Source of the DNA: a virus
DNA: 64,000 nucleotides
Virus record (IMG/VR): IMGVR_UViG_3300024955_000001
Coordinates: 1 to 64,000 of that record
Reading direction: 5' to 3' (one strand)
The notes beneath the pieces were generated by a model, which searched no databases, was not told where the DNA came from, and saw only the letters and a program-made list of their open reading frames with translations. Position numbers and translations under genes: made by a program. Each line of letters begins with the position of its first letter. Positions within the stretch are counted from its first letter, which is position 1. Shown here in pieces: positions 7,872-19,800 of the stretch.

Positions 7872-7880
7872 GTGGACAAA

Positions 7881-7892
7881 CCCTATACCGGG
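7881..7892 (-). repeat. Late-module motif copy 2 (coding strand CCCGGTATAGGG)
   Basis: Abuts the TAA stop of the giant gene. Lies 37 nt upstream of ATG 7843. Confidence 0.6.
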
Positions 7893-10800
7893 TTACCCGT
7901 TCTCTCGTGCCATATCCCGCATCTGCTGGCGCAGCGCCTTGGGCGCCGTGTCTGCGATCCGGGCGGTGCGGTCCTTGCCCATTTCGCGCACGCGCTTCAT
8001 CACGTCCGGGATCTTCACCACGATGGGCTGGTCTGGGTTGTTGCGGTTCCAGGCCGCCAGGCGGTCGCGCACCCGCTGCAGGGCATCGTCATCCTTCTCA
8101 AAGACAGCCTGCGCCCACTGCGCCTTGATGTCATTGCTGGTCTGGATGTAGAAGCTCTTGGAGCGCTGCATGAAGGAGTTGGCCTCCTGCACCTCTGCGA
8201 CGGGCTTGGGCTGGAAGCCGATGGCCTTGGCAATCGCCTCGTCCAAGGTCGTGTCGATGACCTTGTAGCCCTTGGCGTCCTTGTAGATGCCGCTGGTCCC
8301 CATGTCGATGCCTTTGGCCAGGTTGCGCACCGCCGCTGGGGACACCTCCAGCGCCGCGCCGGCTACGTCGCCAGTCAGCAGCTTGCGCGCCCCAGTGAAG
8401 CCGCGCGCCACCAAGTCGCCCGCTGGGCCGGCCACCTCCAGCAGATCCCGCTCGCGGTTCTGCTTGGACAGCAGCAGGCCGGTACCGGGGATCAGGTTGC
8501 CCATGCCCAGGCGGCCCGACACGTCGATGGGGGCGCCAGGCAAGCCGGACACGCCCTGCTCCATGAAGTCGGCCAGCTCCTTGCCCACCACATCGCGCAG
8601 CGCCTGCTTGCGCCAGTGCTTGGTGCTGATGTTGTAGCCCATGAGCTGGCCGGCGCCGTCGATCAGATCCTCGGCGTCTTCCATGAACGGTAGGCCACCA
8701 GCACCACCCATCAGCAGCAGCATGGCCACTGCCCATCCCACAGCACGCTTGCCCTCGGGGCCTCCCTGTGTCCACATGCGGTGCATCAGCTCCAGATAGC
8801 TGACCGAATAGGTCTTGAAGGTGAACAGCGTTCCGCCGATGGTGCCGCGCGCCCACTTCGGCTTGTTGGCCTTGGAATACACGAACTGCGTTTCCTGCAC
8901 GGCGCGCTCGGCAAACTTCGCCGGATCGGCCATGCCCTGCTCCTTGGCGATGCGATAGGCGGCAATGAAGGTGCTGCGGCGGTTGAACTGCTCGGCCAGG
9001 GCGAAGGGCTGGCCCCATGCCACCTTGACGCGCTCCCAGTTGTTGGCCGCCGCAGCGCGGGCGTCGCCCAGCTTGGTACCGTCACCGGTGCGCAGCGAAC
9101 CCGCGCCCCGGGCCTGCGCCATCAGCTGGTGGATTTCCTGGGGCGACACGATGCCCTCGGCCTCGGCCGTTTGCAGCGCCTTGGCCAGGTCTGGCTCGTA
9201 GCCGCTGCGGCGGGTCATGTCGCGCACTGCAGCAGCCAGGTGCGAGGCGGCGCTGCGCATGCCCCCGAACTGGGACAGCCAGGGCATGGTGATCTGGAAT
9301 GGCTGGGTCATGTTGACCATGGCCGAAGCTACAGAGCCGCCCAGGTATTGCGCGAACAACATGCCGCGTACGGCTTGGCCTTCCTCCTGGGGATCTTGGA
9401 TGTAACTGCGCAGGCCCATGGCCACGTCGCGCAGCTCGCCCTGCTCCTTCGGGATGCCCTCGATGGCGGTTTCCAGCGTGCCCGCGTTCAGCCCCCCGGC
9501 CGCCAGGCGGGCATTGGAGTACACGAAGCTGGCCAGCACCCGGCCCACGTCCTCGCTGTATCCGCTGATGCCCTTGCGGTGGATCAGGCGCTTGAGCGCG
9601 CTGTGGTTGTTCTTGGCCAGCTGCAGGTAGGCCTGGAATGCCTTGTCCTTCGGGTCCGTGCCCTCACCGCTCAGGCCCAGCATTTGGCCGAAGTGCTCAA
9701 GGCTTTCCGGGGTGATGCCCTGGAACAGCTTGAATGCCTCGTCGCTCATGGTGCCCTGGGTGACTGTCGCGCCAGGGAATTCCTTCTCCATGGCGGCCTT
9801 CATCTTGTTGGACTCGTACATCGACTCAAACATGCCGAAATACTCGCGCGTGCCGTCCTTGCCCACCACGTCCACGGTGTAGCGGCCGAAGCGCGACAGC
9901 GGCGCGTAGCCGGCCTCCATCAGCGCCCGGGCGCGCTCGTAGCTCTTCACCACGGCGTTGTTCAGGCTCAGGATGCGGTCGGCCTGGTCGGGGGACTCGC
10001 GGGCTTCGGCCTGCAGCGTGTCCGTGATGAGCACCATCGCGTCTTCCACGGTGGCCTGGGCCAGGACCGCCTCGCGCAGATCGGCATAGCCGGCGCCCAT
10101 GGCGCGCAGCATGTCGGCACGTGCGGTCATGTCCAGCGAGCGATCAATCGCGGCCCGCGCTTCCTGGTACAGGCTCACCTGCTGGGCGTTCAGGCTGAAC
10201 AAATCTTTCAGCTCTTTTTCACTCCAGATCACGCCCGGCTTGAGGATAGTGCTATCAAATTTGTTATTGATGATGGTGTTGTACTGATCCACCGGCAGGC
10301 CGCGCCACGCCTTGAGCATCTGCTCCTGGATCTTGCCGGTGCGCAGCAGGATCTGCGCCTTCTCATCAGGCGTGGTGTTGCGGTACTTCGCATTCAGGGC
10401 CTCGGTGGTCACGGGCGTGCCGTCCACATCGCGCGCCCACAGCAGCGTGCCCTCAAACAATGGCTTGGCCACAGCCTGGTTGTCGGCAGCGGTGATGGGC
10501 TTTTTCTTGAGGTCGGCCAGCGTCTCCACCCGGGGCAGCAGGCGCGGCGCGCGGTCGGCGGCGTCGTTGCCCAGCATGGACACGTCATCAATGAAACGCT
10601 GCGCCGCTTCGTACACCGGCTTGAACACCGGCGAGCGCTCGGCCAGGTTGCGCATGGTGCCCACGGTCTTGTCCCACAGAGACACCTTGCCAGGATGGGT
10701 CAGCGTCTGGTGGATCTGCGCCAGTGCACTGTCTTTCAGGTCGGCCGTGCTGGAACGGCTGAAACGGATATCCGGGTCAGCGCTGCCAGCGTCGCTTGCA

Positions 10801-13800
10801 CGGCTCATCACCGGCTGGCCACCACGCGGCCCCCCGCCCGGCCCGCCGCGCACCACCCAGCCGCGTGCCGGCAGGATGTACGCTTGAATGATGTCGTTGT
10901 CCGTCAGGCGCAGACTTTGGAAGCCTGGCACGTGCTGGCGCAGGAAGTTGCGAATGGCGGAAATCGCCCGTTGCACAAAGGGCAGTTGGGGGGTCTTCTC
11001 GGCCATTTCTGCCAGAACTTCCTCAGCCGCTTCGCGCACGCTCAGGCTGTTCACCCCGCGCAGGCCGTATTCCCGCATCTTGGCGGCAACCTCGGCTTTG
11101 CGCATGGTAGCAAGCTGGTTCAGCACCTGATCCAGGTCGCGGCCGAACTTGCCGCGCAGCCCGTGGTGGCCCAGCACCTCGTGGTACAGCACGCGCGCCG
11201 CGTCGTTGGGCGTGTTCAGGCGAGAGGCCATCAGGTAAGCCTTGCCACGGTAGTAGAAGCCCTCTGGCGCTCCGCGCGCACCGCCGCTGCGCTGGCGCAG
11301 GTCAGCATTTCGTGCAGCTTCGGGGATTCGCTGGTCCTGCATGTCGAAGGCCACCACCACCTCGGGCGCATTCGGGCCCCATGCGGCGCGGATGGCGTCC
11401 ACTGTGCCGGACACTGAGGCGACAGCTTGGCGACGCGCGGCGTCGGAGTACACCGATGGTTGATCCATGGCCGCGAGGTAGGAGGCCATATCAAAATCGT
11501 CAGCCTGCGCAACACCAGCGGGAGCCTCGCGTCGGAATGCAGGCGCATCGCCCGCAGTTCCATCGCCCGCCTCGGATTCCTCGGGGGTCGTCGGGGCGGC
11601 ACTTTGGGCCTTGCCTTCCAGCAGGCCCACCAGCTCACGCAGGCGCTCACGCTTGGCGGTCAGCTCCCCAGCCTTGGGGAACGTCTGGTTCAGCTGTTGG
11701 CGCAGCGCGGGCAGTTCTGCCTTCGCCCGCGCAAGCTGGCGCTCCAGGTAGTCAGTGCTGCTGTTGGCCAGGCGGCCAATGTCATCGAACAGGTCTGTGA
11801 CCAGGTTGCGCACGTTGGCCGGCACAACGGACTGGTTGACCGCGAACGAATTCAATCCCCGGCTGGTCACGGTGGCGCCGTCAGCGTCCACCAGCGACAC
11901 CGAGGCGTCAATCTGGCCGCCACCCTTGCCGGTTTCGCGGGCCTGCGCGTCCAGCACCAGGTCATAGCCCAGCATGCTGCCCACGGTCGCGGTGCGCGAG
12001 TCGCCGGGCTGAATGCCCTTGGTCAGCTCGTTGAACTTGGCGGCCAGCTCACGCGCAGCAACGGTGTGCTGGGCGATCAGGCGCCCGTCAATGGTCACAT
12101 CGAACAAGGATGAGTCACCAAGGGCAGCGCCAATCGCGGTGTCGATGCCGTCCTTGTTGGTCAGGCGCGCACCATCCACAGAGATAGAGTACCGGGCCGT
12201 AGGCTTGCCGCCCTGCTGCTGCTCGATGGCCTCGTTCACGGCGGTCATCGCATCGCGCAGGTTGTCGTACTCCTTGCCCTCGATGGTCACACGGCGCTCT
12301 GCCTTGCGGGCGTCGGCCGCCTCCATGGCGGCGTTGGCCTTTTCCTTCTTGGCGCGCTCGTCGGCAATGCGGCCGGGATTGCGCTCGATGGCGCGCTCCG
12401 CGCTCTCCACGGCATCCTCGATACCGAACATGCGGCGGCGGAATGCACGCTCCTGCAGCTCCAGCGTGGTGATCTCGGATTCCGTCTTGACGCGCTCCAG
12501 CAGCAGGGGGTTGCCGGATGCCAGGGCCGCCATTTCGGCCATGCCCACGGCTTCCTCGTCATCGAACTCCATGGAAAACGCGCCGTCGTACTTGCGAATG
12601 CCGTTGATGGTGCGCAGCTTGGTCGCGTTCAAGTCCCACATCTTGGCGTCCACCGTGCGCTCGGTGGCGTAGGCCAGGATTTCCACCTCAAAGTCCGCGC
12701 GGAACATCGGGTTGGGCTTTTCAGCCGTTGGGGGCGTGCTGAACAGGTTACCTTGTCGGATCACCCGGCCCTCGCGCTGCTCGATGTCGCTGGGCTTCCA
12801 GGTCACGTCAACGTGGTGCAGAGCCACGGCACGCTGCTGCACGTTGGTACCTGCCCCCATGCGCGGGGTGGAGCCAATCAGGACACGCACCTTGCCGCCG
12901 TTCACGCTGTCAAAGAGCGCGGCTTTCTGCTCATCGTTGTTGGCCTCCTGCACGAAGCGGATCTCGTTGGCCGGGATGCCAGTGGCGATCAGGTTGTCCT
13001 TGATCTGCTGGTAGGCGCTCCAGGGCGAGGTCTGCGCCTGGCGCAGCTCTGCAATCTCCCGGGGGTCGTAGCGGTCCAGGGCTTCCTGGGCTTCGTCAAA
13101 AGCCTCCTGGTCATCAGCGCGCAGCGCGGCGTCGCGCTTGGCCACCAAGTCGTCATAGGCCTTGATGATGGCGTCATCGCCCTTGGACTTCGGCACGGAA
13201 CGGTCGAGGAACACCAGCTGCGTGCCCTGGTCGGCATCCCACTTGTCGTAGATGCGCTTGATGTTCTCGCTCACTACCTGCAGCTTCCCGCCTTCCTCGG
13301 TGCTGGTGCTGCGAGGGTCAACGGCGCGGATGTCCAGGGACAGCTTGCGCGCCCGGTCCATCAGGCGCAGGCGCTCGGCGTTGCGCTCATAGGGGTCTTC
13401 GATGCCGTCCAGGCCATCGAAGCCTTCCATCACATCTTTGAGGCCCTGCTCCTGGGCGGGGGTGGGCTTGATCGCCACCAGGTTGCGGTCTTTGCCCCCT
13501 GCCACCTTCGGCACTGGGAACTCGCGGCCTGGATTGTCCTCGGCGTAGAAGCGCTTGATGTCATCCAGGCTCACCGCATCGGTGACTTGGTAATACAAGT
13601 CCATCAGCGAACGCATGTTCGACCAGGTGCGGCCCAAGCGCGTGACCTGCTTGAGGCGGCCCGATTCGGTAGGCTCAAACGCTGGCGTTGCCTCCACGAA
13701 CTGCGCGCGGAAGGCATCGAAGTGGGACAGGCCCATGTCATCCAGCGAGTCGGCTGCCAGGTAGCGCAGCATCGTGAACATTTCCACGGCGCTGTTGCTG

Positions 13801-16800
13801 ATGGGCGTGCCCGTCAGGAAGGTGACGCTGCCCGTAGGCTGCTCGCGCAGCACGCGCACCTTGTTGTAAAGGTCGTTGGCCTTGCGCGATCCGGTCTTGT
13901 CGCCCATGCCACGCACACCCGTCAGGTTGGACGAGTAGTAGAGGTTCTTGAACTCGTGGGCTTCGTCCACGGTCAGGTCATCCACGCCCAGCTGCTCAAA
14001 GGTCAGCAGGCGGTCGCGCACGCCCTCTGCCAGGCGATCCATGCGGGCCTGAATCTTCTCGGCCAGGCGCTCGGCCTCCTTCACATTGAAGGGCTTGCGG
14101 CGCCCGTTGTCGGTACCGTCCTCGCGGGCCTGCTCCCAGGCGTCCTCGATGGCTGCCTGTGCCTGAGCCATTTCCAGCTCCAGGTAGCGGCTTTCCGTCT
14201 CCGGCGCAATGCCGATGAAGCCGAAGGACGAATGGGGCACGATCACGATGTCCCAGTCGCCCGTGGCGATCTTGCCGAACAGGCGGCGGCGGCGCTTGGC
14301 CTCGAAATCCTTCTTGCCAGCGGCCAGCACCTTGGCGCCAGGGTACAGGCGGTACACATCGGCCGCCCACTGCTCCACCAGGTGGTTGGGCACAGCCACC
14401 ATGGGCTTGCGGGACAGGCCCATGCGGCGGCGCTCCATCGCGCGGGCGATGGCCGTGAAGGTCTTGCCGGCCCCCACGGCATGATCGACCAGCATGAAGC
14501 GCTCGTAGATGCCGCGCCAGATGGCATTCATTTGGTGGCGGCGCATCTTGAGGATGGCGTCCGGCACCTTACCGGGCAGCTGCAGGTGCTGGCCGTTGAA
14601 CTGGCGCACCACGCGGGTGTTGAACTTCTCGTTGAACACGTCCACCAGGCGCTGGCGGCGCTCGCCGTTCTTGAAAACCCAGTCGCCAAACTCGGCCTCG
14701 ATCTCGCGCGCCTTGAGCCCGGCCAGGGCGGTGCGCTCCTTGTCGATGTAGGTGTTGCCGTCCGCGTCGCGGGCGGTGACGGTCACGGCCTTGCTGTTCA
14801 GGATGCGGGTGATGATGTAGTCAGCTGGCGCACCCTCGCTGCTCCAGTTGGACATGCTGGTGCGCTCGGCGCCATCCACGCTGACACTGAAACTGTTGGT
14901 CAGGGCCGAAAAGCTCACCCGCGCCTTGCCCCCCACCAGATGGCGCACGAAATCTGCATAGATCTCAGGGGGCACCCAGGTGGCGCCCATGGTCACGGCC
15001 ACGTTCTCTGCGGTCCAGTCTGCGGGAATGATCTTTTCCAACGCCTCGGCGTTCTTGGTCATGCCAGCGGCGCGCGCTGCGTTCAGCTTGCGCTTGACCA
15101 TGCCCGACAGGTAGGCGTCGGCCGTTTCCCACTGCCCCGTTTCAGGGTCTTTGAACACCAGCGGGTCGGCACCCTGCTGCAGCTGCTCGCCGGCCTGCTC
15201 TGGGCTGACGCCCAGCAGGTTGGCGATGCGCTCCATGTCCACGCGCCCAGATTCCGCCAGGGTGATTGCCAGGGCATCCGATGGAGTGGCGGCCTTGGTC
15301 GCTGGCTCATATTTGGGCACCACGCGCTCACGCAGGATAGGCGCTGGCGTGGCCTTCTCCTTCTGCGCCTCCAGCCCGGAGCGCGCGGCCTGCTCTGCAG
15401 TGCGCTCGGGTTGATAGTCCACCTCCAGCGCGGCTATCAGGCCGCCGTCCGGCATGGTCATCGCCAACTTCATGTTGGTGGAGCGCCCCACCGGTCCGTT
15501 GGCCTTCACGAATGCCTCGTAGGCAGCGGCCAGGCTCTTGCGGTTGCCCTCCATCACGGCGGGCACGGCGTCGGCGGTTTCCAGCACCAGCTGGCGTTTG
15601 AGCAGATCGCGCAGGCCGACCAGCCCGTTCAGGCGCTTCATGCCCAGCTTGCCAAGGCGCAGCTTTTCGGGCACGTCCTCGGGCTTGGCGTATACCTTGC
15701 GCTCGTACAGGTTCTTGCGCGTGGCCTCGCCCTTGGCGTTGGTCGCCTTGACGTTCTTGCCCTGCTCGTCCAGCACGGGCTCCAGAGAGTACCACTGGCC
15801 CTCCGCGTTCTGGCTCAGGGACTCGTGCCATGGGCTGTTCTCGTCAACATCCTGGTAGGCAAACTCGAAATCGCCCTCGGGTGTTTCGCGCTCAATCACG
15901 CGCTGCAGCTTCCCGTCAGGGGTAGCCTTGATGTGGCCGGCTTCCTCGTTGGCCACGGCAATGCGCAGCGCATCGCTCATGGACTTATGGCGGGATGCAG
16001 TGGCGTCCAGCACATCCTGCTGGAAGTTCTGGATGCCCTCGGGCAGGCGCTGCACTGCCTCGCTCAGTAGCTTGCCCAGCTCGGCCGGGTTGTCCAGGCG
16101 CACGGTAATGTCGGCACCATGCTGCATGGAGCCGGAGCGCTCCATGACGCCCAGGACGTTCGCCGGGTTCTCCGCGAAATAGGCGTTCACGTTCATGGGC
16201 TCGCCGCCCAGCGGATCGGGCACCTTGACCGTTTCGACCCAGGACGGCACCAGCGCGGCGGCGGCGGCGTCCGCGTCCTTCTTGTTGGCCTTGAGCTTGT
16301 TGTATTCCGTGATCGCGGCTTGCATCGCAGCCTGCTCGCCCGCATCCATTTTCTGGAAGATCAGGATGTCAGTCACCACCTCCGTTCGGGCGTTCTCCTT
16401 GAATGCCGTATCTGGCAGGCGGATTGCGGCCACCAGGCGCGCCTGTGCGGCCAGCGCCAAGCGGCTGCTCTTGTCCTGCGCGTCCATCAGGAAGCGCGAT
16501 ACCACCATGGCCTGAATGCCGCCAGGGCGCAGCGCATCCATCCCGGCCCGGAAAAACTGGTTGTGGATCGACACGCCCTGCAGCTCGGGCTTGAACTGGA
16601 AGCGCAGAGACTCGCTGCCGAACGGCGGGTTGCCGATGTTCAGCATGAAAGCGTTGTCGGCCACCGGCACCTTCTGGAAGCCGGAATGCAGGACCGTCGC
16701 CTGCGGATACAGGGCCTGCCCGATGCGCGCGGTCAGGCTGTCGTATTCGACACCCACGAACCGATTGGGCATGTCCTTTGGCGCCAGGCCCAGGAAGTTG

Positions 16801-19800
16801 CCGGAGCCCATCGAGGACTCCAGCACGAGTCCTCCACGGTAGCCCAGGCGGCGCACCATGTCCCACATGGCCGACACCACCGTCTGCGAGGTGTAGTGCG
16901 CGTTGCGGGTCGAACGACGCGCGGCGGTGTATTCCTCTTTGGTCAGCAGCTCGCGCAGTTCCTCACCGCGCGCCGTCCACTTGTCCTTGAACTGGCCGGA
17001 TGCGGGGTCGGGGAAAGCGTTGGCCAGGCCGCCCCAGCCCACATAGCGGGCCAGCATTGCCTGTTCTTCCGGTGTGGCGCGACGATTGGCCGCCTCGATG
17101 GCCTTGAGGGCGCGGATCGCGGCCAGGTTGTCATTGAACTTCTGAACCTCGCCACCCTTGCCCAGGCCCACCTCGTCGGTGATCTGGAAGTCGGCGGCGG
17201 GGATGTTAGGGGCGCTGGCCTCGCCCCCAGGGACAGCTACGCGCCCATCTGCTTGCGGTACTGGCTCTCCAGTTGCGCGAGTTCCTTGCGCTCCCACGGC
17301 TCCAGCTCGGCCTCGGGCTCGGGTTTTAGGAGCACGTACTGGCTCAGGGCCACTTCCTCCGCTTCGTGCTGGCGAAAGCCCTGCTCCATCAGCGACAGCA
17401 CTTCCTGCTGCGCCTGCTTGCCCGCTGTCTGCAGCGCCTGCTCCAGCTCCCCGCTCGCCTTCAGCGCGGCTACCTTCTTGGGCAGCCACTGCGTCCAGTG
17501 CTTGCGGGCTCTCGCTTCGTACAGTTGTGCGCTCATCGCTGGGGTTCTCCTGCTGTGCATTATCGGCCTCGGCCTGGTCGGCAGCAACAACCGCCTCGTG
17601 TTGTTCAATCTCGGCCTTCGTCTCCACGTCGATGACCGCGCGCTTGGTATCCGCGCCCGTCTTGCCCCCCGCCATTGCGATGTAGGCGCCCTGCAGGTGA
17701 TCCAGCGTCAGCGCATCGGCCGCGTCGTCGCCCAGGTTTGCGCGGATCTGATCCAAGGCGAACTTGGCCGAATCCTTGAACTTGTGGTATCCCAGGCGGA
17801 ATGCGGCATCCAGCACGCGTGTGAGCACTGGCAGCAGCTTTTGCTCCTGCTCGGGCACGATGTTCATGCGGGTGCCCTTGCCAAGGATGTCGCCCAGGTC
17901 GGCCAGGGCGTTCATCAGATCGGCCTGCGCGCGCACCTGATCGGCGCTGGGCTTCTTGGCAGTAGCAGGGGCCTTATTTGCTACTGAATTGGTAGCTACT
18001 GGAGCTTCTTTGGTGCTGGTACCGGCCTGATTCTCATCAGAAACATTGATGGCTTTTTCTGCGGCTGGCGCTGGGCTGGCAGCAGGCTTGGCCGCCTCGC
18101 TCTCGGCCGCCGTCATGAACTCGGGTTTCAGCTCGCCGCGCGACACCTGCATGCCCTGGCGCGTGGGGCGCAGGGACACGGTTTCCTCGATGCGCACGCC
18201 GCCCTGGGCGTACCAGCGCACGCCGTTCTTGTCCTGGCGGATCATCACGCCGTCAGCGCGGCGGCCGACGATGGTGTTTCCGTCCTTGTCCGCTTCTGAA
18301 TTAATAGCTGCTGGAGCAATAACGGCGCCGGTATTGGGCTGTTCCTTCTCTTTGTCCTGGCGGGTTACGGCGGCGGGGGCTGCGGTGGGCACAGCTTCGC
18401 CCGTAGGTGCCGTGTTGGCGGGGAGAAAAGAACGTTCGCCATTCGCCTTCTCGGCGGTCACAACGCCATCGCGCTCCATGCGATCCATCAGCGCATTGAC
18501 TTCGCCAAAGCCGATGCCCAGCGCAGCCTGAATAGCAGGGCGATTCACAGCGCCGGCGCTGCGCACCAACTCCACAGCCTTTGTGTAGGTCGCATCGTCC
18601 TTAGCGCCGGGCTCCATCGCAACCGCCAGCTTGCGCTGCACATCGCGGTTCAGGTCAGCCCACGCTGCGCGGTGGACGTTCTTGCGCACGATGGGCTTGA
18701 GATCCGCGCGCTGGGCCAGGGCCTGGCGTTCGGCCGTGGGCATGCGCGTCCAAGCATCGCCAGTGCTGGCTACGCGCTGAGCAGGGCCTTCTGCTTGCGG
18801 CGCAGCTTGCGCGCTTGGCGCTGGCGCCGTTTGCGCTCCAGGGTTCGCAGTCGGGGCGCCATCGGTCAGGCCTGCAGCGGCTGCTTGCTGCGCGCCATTC
18901 GCGCCTGGGCGTCCTTGAGCATCTGGTGCTCCACGTGCGACTGCTGGCGCTGCTCCGACTTGCGACGGTTGCGCGCTACCTTGCTGGGCTTGGGCGGCTT
19001 GAGGGCCATTGCGGTTTCCTTCTGTGGTTGCGGGAATGGTCAGATCAGCCGGCACTGGACCAGCGTCTTCGGTGAGGGAGGCAAAAGCGGCATCGGCGCG
19101 CTCTGCGCCGGGCACGCTGGCGCGCTGCTCTGCATCCAGCTCGGCCTGCAGCTCCTGCTGCTCACGCAGCGCACGGCGGCGGCCCAGCTCCTGGGCCAGT
19201 TGCATGCGGACCTCGCGCGACTGAGCGCCGCGGAAGGTGTTGGACAACTGGGCATCGCTCCAGCTCTCCATGGGCGAGCCCGGCGAAATTTCGCCAGTTT
19301 CCTGGTTTACGCCTTGCTGCGTGAGCGCTGGCTGCTCTTGTTTTTGATTGCCTTGGGCAGTTTTTTTGCCTTGCTTTTGCGCTACCTCGGCAGCCTGGGC
19401 CAGCGCAGCGGCCTGCTGCACTTGGTCTGAGGCGCCGGTATCGACAGCCAGCGCGGCACTGGCCGACAGTGGGCCGGCAGCAGGGTCCAAGCCCATGGCC
19501 ACGGAGCGCGGCACGGTCGCACCGGTGGACTGGTAAATCTCATCGTCAGGGCTTTGCACGGCGCGCGAGGCATCCATGGCAGCCTGGCGCTGCTCGGCGG
19601 CCTGGGCCTGCTGCTGCGCCAGCGCTGCCGCGCCATCGGGAGGCGCGGTCTGGGGCACGTTGGGATCGCCTTGCTCCTGCTGCTGCAGCGCCGCCAGTTG
19701 GGCGGCAAATGCCTGCTGGATACGCTCCATGCCGAGGTTGGGCGGCGCGGCGCCGGCGTCAGTGGGTGCGGCACCAGGTTGCTCGGAAGGCGACGCACCT

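Noticed and set aside
17237-17560. Programmed ribosomal frameshift from the giant frame into the embedded ORF.
   Set aside because: I could find no slippery heptamer (X XXY YYZ type) or obvious stimulatory pseudoknot near 17536-17560. The embedded ORF has its own ATG and AGGAG, so independent initiation is the simpler reading. This is not fully excluded.
8781-17987. Very long plus-strand ORFs antisense to the giant gene (8781..11417, 878 aa; 12753..16070, 1105 aa; 16119..17987, 622 aa).
   Set aside because: Their composition is Arg/Gly/Ala/His/Leu-rich with no recognisable motifs. They mirror a strongly supported minus-strand gene with high GC3. This is the usual stop-codon-poor antisense frame of GC-rich coding DNA.
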